64,000 bases of DNA from an uncultured Actinomycetota bacterium. Lineage in GTDB: Bacteria > Actinomycetota > UBA4738 > HRBIN12. Shown here in pieces: positions 1 to 11,586 of the stretch. The stretch is from positions 63,019 through 127,018 of the forward strand of contig CAWAPY010000015.1 in the NCBI GenBank assembly GCA_963784055.1, given 5' to 3'. The stretch's first letter is position 1. Every line of letters starts with the position of its first letter. The notes under the pieces are model-generated. The model worked only from the letters and a program-made list of their open reading frames with translations, ran no database searches and had not been told where the DNA came from. The position numbers were made by a program, and so were the translations under genes.

Positions 1-720
1 TTCGACGATCGCGGTCCTCGAACCGAGGAGTACCTGGCAGCGATCCGCGCGGTCTGGACGGAGACGCACCCCTCCTTCGGTGGCCGGACCGTGAAGGTGG
101 GAGGCGTGCAGGCGCACCCACATCCCATCCATCAACCCCACCCGCCGATCGTGATGGGTGGCTACGCGCCTCCCGTGATGCGCCGGACGATCCGGGAGGC
201 CGACGGGTGGTACGGCTGGGGGCTCGACCTCGACGAGACCGCGCAGCGACTCGAGATCATCCGGGAGACGGCGTCGCATGTGGCGAGGGGTGAGGGTCTC
301 GGGCCGCTCGAGATCACGATCACGCCTCCGGGTGACATCGACGCGCGCGAGGCCATGCGCTACGCGGAGCTCGGCGTGTCTCGCATCAACCTGATGCTCC
401 CCTGGGATCTCCCGGACGGCGGGCTTCCCCGGTTCTTCGCCGAGACCGTCGCCCCACTCGTGGAATCCGCAGGGCGTCTGATCCGCATAAGGAGTTCGAC
501 ATGGGGAACCGGCACCTCCGAGGAACGACCGGGTCGCGGATCGCGCGGCTCGTGGCCCCTCGGTCCTTCGACGTGGGGACGCAGCTCCTGCCGGATCCAC
601 CACCGGGCCACGTCCTCGTCAGGATCCTCGCCTGTGGGGTGTGCGCGAGTGAGCGGCACGCGGTCGAGGAGACCCTGCCCTCCTATCCCCTCGAGATCGG
701 CCACGAGCCGGTCGGCGTGA
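1..720 (+). CDS. Luciferase-like monooxygenase (F420/flavin-dependent) oxidoreductase, 5'-truncated by the window edge; the ORF runs 220 nt into the next gene with an off-frame-looking R/S/G/P-rich tail, so the true 3' end is probably near ~490-500 (suspected indel)
   Basis: Frame-1 translation from nt 1 (FDDRGPRTEEYLAAIRAVWTETHPSFGG...IMGGYAPPVMRRTIREADGWYGWG...INLMLPWD) matches luciferase-like monooxygenase C-terminal regions; tail after ...ESAGRL is low-complexity. Confidence 0.6.
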   Translation, partial: FDDRGPRTEEYLAAIRAVWTETHPSFGGRTVKVGGVQAHPHPIHQPHPPIVMGGYAPPVMRRTIREADGWYGWGLDLDETAQRLEIIRETASHVARGEGLGPLEITITPPGDIDAREAMRYAELGVSRINLMLPWDLPDGGLPRFFAETVAPLVESAGRLIRIRSSTWGTGTSEERPGRGSRGSWPLGPSTWGRSSCRIHHRATSSSGSSPVGCARVSGTRSRRPCPPIPSRSATSRSA

Positions 721-1469
721 TCGAGGCGACCGGTCCCGGCGTGGACGGCTTCACCGAAGGAACGCGGGTGACCGGAGGGTTCGGCCCCTCGTTCGCCGAT
801 CGCGTCGTCGCCGATGCCGGGCACGTGGTGCCGGTGCCTGATGGCCTGGCCACCATCGACGCGATCGGCGAGCCGCTCGGCTGCGTGGTCGAGGCACGCA
901 GGAGGACGCCCATCACGGCCGGGGACCGGATCGCGCTCGTCGGTGCCGGGTACATGGGATCGATGATGCTCCAGGTGTTGCTCACGACGGGCGCGGGTCA
1001 CGTCACCGTCATCGAACCTCGTGCGGACGCCCGGGACACCACCCGCGGGCTGGGCGCCACCGAAGCTGTCGACCCCGACGACCTCGCGTCGGGCGACGCC
1101 GACGAGTCCTTCGACGTGGTGATCGAGGCGACGGGCACTCAGGGCGGCCTCGATCTCGCGACCCGCCTCGTGGTCCAACACGGCATCCTCTCGATCCTCG
1201 GGTACCACCAGGGCACGCGGTCGGTCGACATGCAAGCCTGGAACTGGAAGGCGCTCGAGGTCGTGAACGCCCACGTCCGGCGTCGCGACCTGCTCAACGA
1301 CGCCATCCGTCGCGGGCTGGACCTCATCCGGTTGGGGCGGATCTCGCCGGGTGACCTCGTCACCCACCGCTACGACCTGGAGCATGTCGGCGAGGCGTTC
1401 GGCGCCTTGGCCGACAAGCCGGATGGATTCATCAAGGCCGTCGTCGTCATGGAAGGAGATGGAGGATGA
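501..1469 (+). CDS. Zn-dependent alcohol dehydrogenase / medium-chain dehydrogenase-reductase-family oxidoreductase
   Basis: AAGGAG ribosome-binding site 7 nt upstream of ATG 501; motifs VLVRILACGVC...EIGHEPVGVIEATG...GAGYMG (Rossmann fold); stop overlaps next gene (ATGA). Confidence 0.8.
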   Translation: MGNRHLRGTTGSRIARLVAPRSFDVGTQLLPDPPPGHVLVRILACGVCASERHAVEETLPSYPLEIGHEPVGVIEATGPGVDGFTEGTRVTGGFGPSFADRVVADAGHVVPVPDGLATIDAIGEPLGCVVEARRRTPITAGDRIALVGAGYMGSMMLQVLLTTGAGHVTVIEPRADARDTTRGLGATEAVDPDDLASGDADESFDVVIEATGTQGGLDLATRLVVQHGILSILGYHQGTRSVDMQAWNWKALEVVNAHVRRRDLLNDAIRRGLDLIRLGRISPGDLVTHRYDLEHVGEAFGALADKPDGFIKAVVVMEGDGG

Positions 1470-1882
1470 ACGTGGTTCGTCTGGGCGAGCGGACTCTCGG
1501 CGAGGAGAATCGGCCGGAATGGTGTGACCTCGTGGGTATGGGTGCGTTCCGGATCCGCCCGGAGGCCACGTTCGACCGCCACTTCCACGACTCTCCCGAG
1601 TACTGGCTCTTCTACGAAGGGAAGGGGAAGGTGACCGTCGGCGCCGAGACGTACTACGTGCAGGCCGGTGACGTGGTCTGCACCCCGGCCGGCTCCTCCC
1701 ACGACATCGTGGAGATCTACGAAGAGCTCGAGGGCTTCTACCTCGAGGAGCCGCTCCCCGAGGGCGGGACGATCGGACATCAACACGAGGACGAGGGCGA
1801 GGCCACGGGTCATACGGTCCCGAAGGTGCCGCTCCCCGACGACTTCCCTGCCGCCTCTCGAGCCGGCGTCATCGGAGCGTGA
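1466..1882 (+). CDS. cupin-domain protein
   Basis: ATGA translational coupling with upstream dehydrogenase; cupin-like core (FHDSPEYWLFYEGKGKVTVGAETYYVQAGDVVCTPAGSSH). Confidence 0.6.
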   Translation: MNVVRLGERTLGEENRPEWCDLVGMGAFRIRPEATFDRHFHDSPEYWLFYEGKGKVTVGAETYYVQAGDVVCTPAGSSHDIVEIYEELEGFYLEEPLPEGGTIGHQHEDEGEATGHTVPKVPLPDDFPAASRAGVIGA

Positions 1883-1903
1883 GCCGCGTTCCTTCCTCGG
1901 TCG

Positions 1904-2842
1904 CTATCCCTTCAGCCCAACCGAGGCGATCCCGCCGATCAGCTTCTCCTGGGCGAAGAAGTAGAGCAGCACAGCAGGCAACATCATGACGAGGTTCGCG
2001 GCCATCAAGAGGTTGAGGGCGGGGAAGCCCGACGTCACCAGGTTCGCCATCCCGATCGCCACGGTGAACTCTTCGTTGCTGTCCAGGTAGATGAGGGGAC
2101 CGAGCAGGTCGTTCCACTCTCCGAGGAACACGAACACCACGCAGACGGCGAGAACCGGCTTGCACAGCGGCAACACGATGTGCCAGAAGACCTGGAAGTG
2201 GTTGGCGCCGTCGATCCGGGCGGCGTTCTCCAGGTCGCGCGGGATCGTTCGCATGTACTGACGGATCAGGAAGATGAAGAACGCGTTGCCGAAGAACGCG
2301 GGGACGATCAGCGGCAGGTAGGACCCGTACCACCCGATGTGGAAGAACATAAGGAACTGCGGGATCATCAGCGTCTGCCACGGGATCAGCAGCGTGATGA
2401 TCAGCAGGTTGAACAGGAACTCCCGCCCGCGGAACCGCAGCCGCGCGAACGCGTAGGCGACGAGCGCGCAGGAGAACACGGTCCCGACGATGTTGCCCGC
2501 GACGATGATCAACGTGTTGATCGTGTAGCGCAGGAACGGTGCGGTACCAGGCGCTGCCGCTCCCGAACCGGTCGTTCGCTCCCGACCGAGCAGGGCTCGG
2601 GAGAAGTTCTCCCACTGCCAGTGATCCGTCGGGAACCACTGCGGAGGGAACGTGAACACCGGTTCGAAGTCGGGCTTGAGCGCGACCGTGATCATCCACC
2701 CCAGCGGCAGCAGGATCACGGCGCAGAGCCCGAGCAGGGCGGCATAGAGCATGGCGAACCTCGCCGCCCGCCGGTATCTGGGCCTCCGAGCGCGACGGAC
2801 ACGCCGCTCGATCGTGTCGCCGGCCTCGGCCCGGACCGTCAC
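1904..2842 (-). CDS. carbohydrate ABC transporter permease (MalG/UgpE-like)
   Basis: 312-aa ORF with six transmembrane-like segments and the EAA-like permease signature (AARIDGANHFQVFWHIVLP). Confidence 0.85.
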   Translation of the reverse strand: MTVRAEAGDTIERRVRRARRPRYRRAARFAMLYAALLGLCAVILLPLGWMITVALKPDFEPVFTFPPQWFPTDHWQWENFSRALLGRERTTGSGAAAPGTAPFLRYTINTLIIVAGNIVGTVFSCALVAYAFARLRFRGREFLFNLLIITLLIPWQTLMIPQFLMFFHIGWYGSYLPLIVPAFFGNAFFIFLIRQYMRTIPRDLENAARIDGANHFQVFWHIVLPLCKPVLAVCVVFVFLGEWNDLLGPLIYLDSNEEFTVAIGMANLVTSGFPALNLLMAANLVMMLPAVLLYFFAQEKLIGGIASVGLKG

Positions 2843-2845
2843 GCG

Positions 2846-3823
2846 CTAGGCCTCCTCCGACTCGTAGTAGACCCACCGGCTCGACGTGACGAAGATCAGG
2901 ACGATGACCACCGCGGCGGCGAGCACCAACACCCATGCGAGCGCCGAGGCGTAGCCGAACCGGCCGCTCCGGAATCCCTCGTTCCAGATGTTCAGCACGT
3001 AGAACAGCATCGATCCCCGCGTGCCGCCGCGGCTCCCGCCGAGGACGAAGGCGGTGTCGAACACCTGGAACGCCTCGATCAGACCGATCAGCAGCGTGAA
3101 CAGCAACGTGGGCGTGAGGAGCGGGAGCGTGATGGTCCGGAACGTCTGCCATGCTCCGGCCCCGTCGATCCGAGCCGCGTTGTACAGGGCGGGAGGGATG
3201 TTCTGGAGCCCCGCGAGGTAGATGATCGCGCTGCCGCCCACTCCCCAGAGGCCCATGAGCACGATGGCCGGCACGGCCCAATCGGGACTGGAGAGCCATC
3301 GAGGCGGGTCGTCGACGCCGACGGCTCGCAGGCCCTGGTTCACGATGCCGAGGTCCGGGTTGAGGAGTGACACCCACAGGGCCGCCACCGCCACGCCGCT
3401 CAGCACCGACGGCAGGAACAGGATCGTCCGGAACAGGTACATGCCTCGCACCCGCTGGTTGAGCAGGAGCGCCAACGCGAGCCCGGCGACCTGATACAGC
3501 GGCACGGCGAGCACGATGTACGTCAACGTCACCCGGATCGACTGCCAGAAGTTGTGGTCGTCGATCATGTCGCGGTAGTTCTCCGTGCCGATGAACCGCG
3601 GCGAGGAGATCAGGTTCCAGTTCGTGAATGACAAGGCCAACGACGCCAGGATCGGTCCGACGACGAACAGGATCGTGCCGAGGAGCCACGGCGTTGCGAA
3701 CAGGAACGCCGCGCGCTCCTCCTTCTTGGCGATGCGGCCGCGACGCGGCTTCCCTCGACGACGTTCCGGCGTCGTTCCCGCGACGCTGGGCCCGCGCGTC
3801 AGATCTGCTCGAAGGTCGACCAT
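2846..3823 (-). CDS. carbohydrate ABC transporter permease (MalF/UgpA-like)
   Basis: Start taken at internal ATG 3823 (MVDLRADLT...), N-terminus of ORF 2846..4024 is Arg-rich junk; motif AARIDGAGAWQTFRTITLPLL. Confidence 0.85.
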   Translation of the reverse strand: MVDLRADLTRGPSVAGTTPERRRGKPRRGRIAKKEERAAFLFATPWLLGTILFVVGPILASLALSFTNWNLISSPRFIGTENYRDMIDDHNFWQSIRVTLTYIVLAVPLYQVAGLALALLLNQRVRGMYLFRTILFLPSVLSGVAVAALWVSLLNPDLGIVNQGLRAVGVDDPPRWLSSPDWAVPAIVLMGLWGVGGSAIIYLAGLQNIPPALYNAARIDGAGAWQTFRTITLPLLTPTLLFTLLIGLIEAFQVFDTAFVLGGSRGGTRGSMLFYVLNIWNEGFRSGRFGYASALAWVLVLAAAVVIVLIFVTSSRWVYYESEEA

Positions 3824-5091
3824 GCTCGATCGAGGTTGCTCTGGATGTCCGTCGCGGCTTGGTCCATAGCCTCCTGGGCGCTCATGTTCTCCTCGACCAT
3901 CAGGCTGAACGCGTCCCAGAGCGGACCGTCGAGCGTGAAGATGTTGGCCGGCAGGAAGATGTTGGGGCGGGCGAGATTCGCGACCTCGAGCACGTTGGCG
4001 CGGCCGGGGCTGTCGCCCGCCCAATCCTCCTCTTCGGCGATGGCGTTGTTGAGCGGCTGCTGCCCGGCCCGTGCCCGCAGGCGATTCCCCTCCGTGGCCA
4101 CGAACCCGATGAACGCCTTGGCGGCCTCAGCTTGGTCGGTGTCCGAGAAGATGCTCCAGGAGTCGGTCCATGAACCGACCCAGGGGAGGTCGCCCTCCTT
4201 CTCAACGGGGGTCGGCGCCGCGCCCCAGGGGATGTCCGCCTTCTCGAGCGTCGGGATGGCAACGACGTTGTCGATGAACGTCATCGCCATCTGACCGGTC
4301 GCGAGCGGATCGGTGTCGCCGAAGAATTCGAAGTCCGACTCGGCCGGGCGGTGCCGTCGCGCACCATCGTTGCGAGCACGTCGTACATGTGCACCGTCGG
4401 CGCGTCGTTCAGGTACCCCTCGACCGTCCTTCCGTCCTCGCTGAAGAGGACCCTCCAGTCCATCCACCAATCGGTCGGCTCCGCGAAGCCACCCCAGACG
4501 TAGTCGGAACGGTCGTCGCTCCGCTGCGTGAGCCTCTCGGCGAGGGCCGCGTATTCGTCCACCGTCATCGGGTCGGTCGCCGACGGGTAGGGCTCACCGG
4601 CGTCGTCGAACAGGTCCTTGTTGTAGAACATCAAGATCGCGCCCGTGTACGACCCGAGGCAGTACGTCTCGCCGTCCACCACGCAACCGGAGAACGCGTT
4701 CTGGTTGAACTGGGAGACGTCGATGTTCTCGGAGGCGATGACATCGTCGATCGGCAGGCTACCTGCCGGCCGTGATCCATCGTGTTTCGTACAGGTAGCC
4801 GATGTCCGGAGGACGGCCCGCGGCGAGCGCGGTGTCGATCTTCGTGACGTAGTTGTCCTCCGGGATGTTCGTGAGCTTCACCGTGATGTTCGGATGCTCA
4901 TCCTCGAACGCCGCGATCAGCTTCGGCAGGAAATCCGCCTCGCCCTCGAAGGCCCAGATGTCGATCGTCTGGGGCTCATCGACGGCCGCTTGGTTCCCCG
5001 GCGGTTCCGGCTCGTTGCTCGTGCACGCCGCGGCGACGAGCGCCCCCACGACGATCGTCACCAGCGCCGCCCTGTGCCTATGAATCTTCAT
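3799..5091 (-). CDS. sugar ABC transporter substrate-binding lipoprotein, split over three ORFs by two apparent 1-nt indels (~4360 and ~4750)
   Basis: N-terminal piece 4759..5091 has a lipoprotein signal (LVAAAC) and AAGGGGG ribosome-binding site; middle 4281..4682 (YCLGSYTGAILMFYNKDLF); C-terminal piece 3799..4470; frames 0/2/0. Confidence 0.7.
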
Positions 5092-5109
5092 CGCGAACCC
5101 CCTTCGAGC

Positions 5110-6299
<1,190 letters not shown>

Positions 6300-6302
6300 G
6301 GT

Positions 6303-7637
6303 TCAGCCCCCGCCGGGACCTGCCGGCGTGGTCTCGCGATGGCGGTGGACGAGCGCCTCCGTGCGTTGGACGAGGTCGGAGATCCGTGAGTTGTCGAACC
6401 CTGCGATAGCGCTGCTGATGCGATCGCTGAGCGGCTCGACCCACCGCGCGGGGAGCGCTGTTGCTCCGAACTTCGCTCCGAAGATCGAACCGGTCGTCGC
6501 ACCGGTGCAGTCCGTGTCCCAGCCACCTTCGACCGCGAGACCGATCGTCCTGCTGAAGTCGTCTCGTCCCCACAGGAGGGCGGCCGTGATGATCGCGGAG
6601 TTGTTGATCGTGTGCACGAAGCTGTAGTGGCCGTGACGAACCTCGATCGCGTCGCGGGTCTCCTCCCACGACCTGCCCTCGTCGAACAGCCCGAGCACGT
6701 GGCGGACCGCCTCGGTGAGCCGCGAGCGAGGCGGTACGAACCCGAGCGCCGACTCGATCGCCGACCGGAGGTCGGGGACGACGAAACAGGAGGCGATGAG
6801 CGCCGACGCCCACATCTCCCCGTAGATGCCGTTCTGCGTGTGCGACAGGGAAGCGTCACGGAACGCGAGCTCGGCGGCGGCGGCTGGGTCGCCGGGCGAG
6901 ACGTAGCCCCACATATCGCCGCGGATCTGGGCCCCGATCCACTCCCGGTAGGGGTTGCGGAACGTGGCCGTCTGCGGCGGTTGAAGGCCGTGGATCAGAT
7001 TGCGGTACGCGGCCCGCTCCGCCGTATACGTCTGGGCGAAGGGAAGGTGGTGCAACCACTCATGACCCACCTGCTCGGCTCCGAAGCCGGCGCCGTGCTC
7101 CTCGAGCACGTGCAGCCCCAGGATCGTGTAGTCCGTGTCGTCGTCGCGCGCCATGAACCGGATGTTCCCGCGGGTCGTTTCGGGCCAGCACCAGTTGAGG
7201 GCGAGGCCGTCCGGGAAGGGGTCCAGGCGCGGGAGGTAGTCGTCTATCGGGTACGCGTCCGCGAGGTCGAGGTAGCTCCGGATGCGCTCGCGGCTCCACC
7301 CCTCCACCGGCTTGCCGAGATTGCAGCCGGCGCATCGCCCGAGCCACGCTCCCTCCAGCCGATCGCGGAGAGCCGTTTCGTCCAGCCCGAGGGCGGGGAG
7401 CTCGGCTCGATCGAGGGATGCCTGGATGCCGGCCCAGTCCGAGGGTTCCTCGTAGCTCCAATCGGATCGGATGGCTCGCCCTTCGAGGGTCTCGAGGAGC
7501 TTCTCTTGCTCCGAGATCGATCCGTTCTTGGCAGCTGCCCGCACGTCGGCGTCGAGATCGGCGACGTCGAAGCCGGACTCGGCCCGTTGCGCGAACTCGT
7601 CCGAGAGGATGTCGCCGAGATCCAGGACGTCGTGCAC
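6303..7637 (-). CDS. ADP-ribosylglycohydrolase family protein with ~90-aa N-terminal extension
   Basis: Motifs [15 protein letters not shown] and [18 protein letters not shown] (GGDTDT-like) typical of ADP-ribosylglycohydrolase / DraG-like hydrolases; GTG start. Confidence 0.7.
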   Translation of the reverse strand: MHDVLDLGDILSDEFAQRAESGFDVADLDADVRAAAKNGSISEQEKLLETLEGRAIRSDWSYEEPSDWAGIQASLDRAELPALGLDETALRDRLEGAWLGRCAGCNLGKPVEGWSRERIRSYLDLADAYPIDDYLPRLDPFPDGLALNWCWPETTRGNIRFMARDDDTDYTILGLHVLEEHGAGFGAEQVGHEWLHHLPFAQTYTAERAAYRNLIHGLQPPQTATFRNPYREWIGAQIRGDMWGYVSPGDPAAAAELAFRDASLSHTQNGIYGEMWASALIASCFVVPDLRSAIESALGFVPPRSRLTEAVRHVLGLFDEGRSWEETRDAIEVRHGHYSFVHTINNSAIITAALLWGRDDFSRTIGLAVEGGWDTDCTGATTGSIFGAKFGATALPARWVEPLSDRISSAIAGFDNSRISDLVQRTEALVHRHRETTPAGPGGG

Positions 7638-7683
7638 CGTGCCCTCCCGTTCGAGACCCGCGTCGGTCGGGTTGCTACGCTAG

Positions 7684-7697
7684 AGCAAAACGTTTTT
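7684..7697. promoter_or_regulatory. putative LacI-family operator: AT-rich palindrome GCAAAACGTTTTTC (core AAAACGTTTT) in the divergent intergenic region between the ABC operon and the LacI gene
   Basis: Perfect 10-bp palindrome with central CG in an otherwise ~70% GC genome; resembles the LacI/GalR operator consensus. Confidence 0.4.
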
Positions 7698-7731
7698 CCG
7701 CGTCAATGACTCGACAAGGAACCCAACCGCC

Positions 7732-8734
7732 ATGAGTGACGTGACCATCGTCGATGTGGCCCGCCACGCCGGCGTCAGCATCACGACCGTCTCGCACGCG
7801 ATCTCCGGGAAACGCCGGGTCGCGGAGGCGACGCGGGCCCGCATCGAGCATTCGATCCAAGTGCTCGGCTACCGGCCCAACGCGTTCGCGCGCGGACTCC
7901 GAACGGAACGATCCCAGATGGTCGCGCTGATCATCCCGGACATCACCAACCCCTACTACCCCACGCTCGCCAGGGGGATGCAGGATGCCTTGCTCGCAGG
8001 TGGATACCAGACGCTCGTCGGTAGCACCGACGGTGAGCGGGCGCAGGAGCTGACGTTCCTCCACGATTCGCTCCAGCGGAGGGTCGACGGGATCGCGATC
8101 GCGTCGTTCGCCACGGTGGCCCGATCGCTCGGCTCGGTCCTCCGGGCGAACATCCCGGTCGTCTCGATCGGCGACAAGATCCGGCATGCCCACGTGGACT
8201 GCGTCCGGACCGACGACGTCGAGGGGGCGCGGGACGCGACCACCTACCTGATCGAGAAGGGCTATGAGCCGATCGCCATGATCGGCGGTCCTCCCGGGGA
8301 TCTCCCCGAGCGACCACCGACTGACGGGCTATCGAGCGGCGCTCGGTGAGGCCGGCATCCGATCCGACGCCTCGCTCCTCGCGGTCGGCGACTTCACTCG
8401 GGCGGGAGGCGCCGCCGCCATGCGCGAGCTCCTGGGGCGCGGGGACCATCCGCCGAGGGCGGTCTTCTGCGCCAACGACCTGATGGCGATCGGTGCGATG
8501 GACGCGATACGGGAGTCCGGGCTTCGAGTACCTCGCGACGTCGCCGTGATGGGCTACGACGACATCGAGGCGGCCTCGCTGGTGACGCCGGACCTCACCA
8601 CGGTGGTGAATCCCGCTGGCGACATGGGGCGGGAGTGTGGTCGGCTCCTGCTGGAGAGGATGTCGGGGGCGTACCACGAGGGCCGCCGCGAGGTGGTCAT
8701 CCCGCATCGCCTGATCGCCCGGACCTCCGCGTAG
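7732..8734 (+). CDS. LacI-family transcriptional regulator (apparent frameshift ~8311)
   Basis: N-terminal helix-turn-helix (VTIVDVARHAGVSITTVSHAISGKRRV); C-terminal periplasmic-binding-like domain continues in another frame (SDHRLTGYRAALGEAGIRSD...) and then in ORF 8420..8734. Confidence 0.8.
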
Positions 8735-8786
8735 GAGACGACGGGCGGGCAGCGCAGCGCCGGATCGAGACGGGGAGGGAAGAGCG

Positions 8787-10019
8787 ATGGACGCCGAGGT
8801 GGGAGCCGCGCTCCAACGGCTCGAGTCGATCGATCCGAGCATCCAGGCGTTCGTGACCGAGCCGGCCCGCCGGAGCCGGCTCGAGTCCAGCCCACCCGGC
8901 GACGGTCCCCTCCACGGCGTGGCCGTGGGGGTCAAAGACCTCTATCGGGTGAACGGCCTCCCGACGCGAGCCGGCTCGCAGCTGCCGGCCGAGGTCTTCG
9001 AAGGTGAAGAGTCGTGGATCGTGACCACGCTGAGAGACGCCGGGGCCGTCGTGCTCGGGAAGACCGCCCTGGACGAGTTCGCGTACTGCGAGCCGCCTCT
9101 CACGAAGAATCCACGTGATCCGGAGCGCACGCCCGGGGGATCCAGCGGCGGCTCCGCCGCCGCGGTCGCGTCCGGGATCTGCCGGCTCGCCGTCGGCTCG
9201 CAGACCCTCCAGTCCGTCATCGTCCCGGCGTCCTACTGTGGGATCGTCGGGTACAAGGCCACATTCGGGCGCATCCCGTTCGACGGGATCCCGCTGTCTG
9301 CGTCGATGGACTCGGTCGGTTTCCTCGCGCCGTCGGTCGCCGGTCTGCGATCGGATGTCGCCTCACTCGTCCCTGGCTGGCGCGATACCGAGCCGTCCGC
9401 GCCACCCGTCCTCGGGATCCTCGAAGCGTGGGGAACACCCGAGATCGTGGCCGATGGCTGGAGCGCTCACCGACGGCACCTCGACGCCCTCAGTGGTCGA
9501 GGTGTCGAGCTTCGATCGGTGGTCGTGCCCTGGAACGACCCCCGCGGCCTTCGCGACTGGGGTCGGCGCATCGGGGATCTCCTCCACGGCGAGATGGCCC
9601 TCGCGCACGCCGGCTGGTTCGATCGCTTCGCCCACCTCTACCGGCCGAGGACCGCGAAGGCCGTTCGTGCAGGACGGACCATCCCGCCCGAGCGGGTCCT
9701 CGAGGGTCGGGAATCACGGGGCGATCTCGCCAGCCTCTTGCAAGACAGCGCGTCGACGTCCGGGATCGACGCCTGGGTCTGTCCGGCGACCGTCGGCGTG
9801 GCCCCGATCGGATATCAGGAGACCGGCGACGGCACGATGACGGCCTTCTGGTCCTACGCGGGATTCCCCTCGATCACGGTGCCGGTCTTCGATGGCCCAG
9901 GCGGCCTGCCGCTCGGCATCCAGCTCGTGGCCCCGCCCGGGAGGGATGAGCATCTCCTCCACTGGGCCGGGCTCCTGGAGGTTGCTCTGGGGCGCGATCG
10001 CCCTCGCCGCGAGCCCTGA
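8787..10019 (+). CDS. amidase (amidase-signature family)
   Basis: GGSSGGSAAAVASG signature; K and S catalytic context. Confidence 0.8.
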   Translation: MDAEVGAALQRLESIDPSIQAFVTEPARRSRLESSPPGDGPLHGVAVGVKDLYRVNGLPTRAGSQLPAEVFEGEESWIVTTLRDAGAVVLGKTALDEFAYCEPPLTKNPRDPERTPGGSSGGSAAAVASGICRLAVGSQTLQSVIVPASYCGIVGYKATFGRIPFDGIPLSASMDSVGFLAPSVAGLRSDVASLVPGWRDTEPSAPPVLGILEAWGTPEIVADGWSAHRRHLDALSGRGVELRSVVVPWNDPRGLRDWGRRIGDLLHGEMALAHAGWFDRFAHLYRPRTAKAVRAGRTIPPERVLEGRESRGDLASLLQDSASTSGIDAWVCPATVGVAPIGYQETGDGTMTAFWSYAGFPSITVPVFDGPGGLPLGIQLVAPPGRDEHLLHWAGLLEVALGRDRPRREP

Positions 10020-10096
10020 ACCGTAGACGCACGCGGCCCGTAGTAGGCGTGAGAAGGACGACCCGCGCCCACGCGCCGTACAGATCGGAGTACGGA

Positions 10097-11032
10097 ATGA
10101 CCACCCGTCCATCCGCTCGCCGCGCCGTCTGCCTCGCCACCGCCCTCGTCGCGATGCTGCTCCTGGCGCCTTCCGCCCAGGCGGGCCGGGGCGGGGCGCT
10201 CGCCGGCCCCACGAACCTTCGCGTAGCCGCGATCTCCCCGCACAGCGTCACCCTGGCGTGGGATCCGGCGGTGAACTCCGGCAGCTTCCTGTACGTGATC
10301 CGAGCGAGCTTCGGCTACCAGCTGGGCGTCCCGCAGACCGAGACGACCTACACCTGGACGCGGGACATCTACCCCGGCAGGACGTACTCGTTCGTCATGT
10401 GGGCGGGCAACGCCAAGGGCCAGGAGTCGAAGCAGAGCAACACGCTGACGGTCACCACTCCTGTCGACACCACTCCGCCCGCAGCGCCCGTCGTCTCCGT
10501 GACCGGGAGGACCTCGTCGACCGTCGACCTCGCCTGGGCCCCGGTGGCCGACGACGACCACACGTGCTGCACGTACCGTGTGTTCGCGAACGGCTCCCTG
10601 GCGAACGTGAAGCAGACGGGTGAGCGGTCGGTGACGGTCCTGCGGCTCGCCGGCGCGACCACGTACTCGTTCACGGTGGTCGCCGTCGACCCGTCACGGA
10701 ACGCGTCGGCGCCGAGTGCTGCCGTGACGGCGACCACGCTGCCGTCCACCGACACGACCGGTCCCACGGCCCCCGGCAACCTCATCGCGTGGGACTTCGG
10801 CTGCGAGACGTGGCTGTTCTGGGACAAGTCCACCGACGACGTCGACCCGCAGTTCGCGATCCTCTACGAGTTCCGCGTGAACGGCGTCTTCGACGGCACG
10901 TCGATCGACATCACCCGCTGGATCACGTACGGCACCGAGACTCCGTCGAACACGTTCACGGTGCAGGCGATCGACAGCGCCGGCAACCGATCTCCGGTGA
11001 GCTCCATCACGCTCGACAACCAGGTCTGCTGA
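10097..11032 (+). CDS. secreted protein with fibronectin type-III-like repeats
   Basis: Signal peptide (MTTRPSARRAVCLATALVAMLLLAPSAQA); three ~90-aa repeats each with LAWDPA/LAWAPV-type fibronectin motifs. Confidence 0.6.
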   Translation: MTTRPSARRAVCLATALVAMLLLAPSAQAGRGGALAGPTNLRVAAISPHSVTLAWDPAVNSGSFLYVIRASFGYQLGVPQTETTYTWTRDIYPGRTYSFVMWAGNAKGQESKQSNTLTVTTPVDTTPPAAPVVSVTGRTSSTVDLAWAPVADDDHTCCTYRVFANGSLANVKQTGERSVTVLRLAGATTYSFTVVAVDPSRNASAPSAAVTATTLPSTDTTGPTAPGNLIAWDFGCETWLFWDKSTDDVDPQFAILYEFRVNGVFDGTSIDITRWITYGTETPSNTFTVQAIDSAGNRSPVSSITLDNQVC

Positions 11033-11048
11033 GGAGCCGCGCTCTTCC

Positions 11049-11444
11049 CTAGCGCAGCTCGTCGATCGTGGCGGTGGCGACGATCCCTTCGACGCTGCGC
11101 GCCAGATCCGCGTCCAGCGTGACGAACGCGTCGGCCTGCAGCAGCGTGAGCGCCACGTACTCGGCGTCGTAGGTCGAGTCCCATCCCAGTCGATCGGCAA
11201 CCTCCCAAGCGCGTCGCCGGAGCACCGCATCGCCGAGCAGTCGGATACGGATCCGCCAGATGCGCTCCAGCTGGTCGCGCGCCTCCTCAGCCTGCATCTC
11301 GCCTCGATGGACGGCCTCGTGCAGGACCGACAGCGTTTGGGAGCGCAGGAGCGTCGGTGCGAGGAGCTCGTGTTCCGCCCGCACCTCCATCCCGGAGCTC
11401 GCCAGGTGAAGGACGGCGGTGGAATCGACGACGAACCTGGTCAT
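11049..11444 (-). CDS. PIN-domain toxin, VapC-like
   Basis: MTRFVVDSTAVL...DAEYVALTLLQADAFVTLD with a PIN acidic-residue pattern; no convincing antitoxin ORF in the 142-nt gap upstream. Confidence 0.6.
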   Translation of the reverse strand: MTRFVVDSTAVLHLASSGMEVRAEHELLAPTLLRSQTLSVLHEAVHRGEMQAEEARDQLERIWRIRIRLLGDAVLRRRAWEVADRLGWDSTYDAEYVALTLLQADAFVTLDADLARSVEGIVATATIDELR

Positions 11445-11586
11445 GGATCCCTCGTGTCGAACAAGCGCGCCACGCTACCAGCGCGACCACCACGCTTGGC
11501 CCACCGTGCGGTTCACCGGGTTCGGCGGTGGGTACGGAGACGACGATCGCGCGCTCGCTCAGTCTCGACGAAGAGAGAGAGGAAGT

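Noticed and set aside
1869-3689. 606-aa minus-strand ORF and 396-aa plus-strand ORF (2180..3370) overlapping the ABC permease genes
   Set aside because: Alternative-frame and antisense readings of the two permease genes. The permease frames have clear transmembrane topology and EAA motifs.
11287-11493. 68-aa minus ORF as a candidate VapB antitoxin
   Set aside because: Overlaps vapC itself in a different frame. Arg/Pro-rich with no DNA-binding fold motif.
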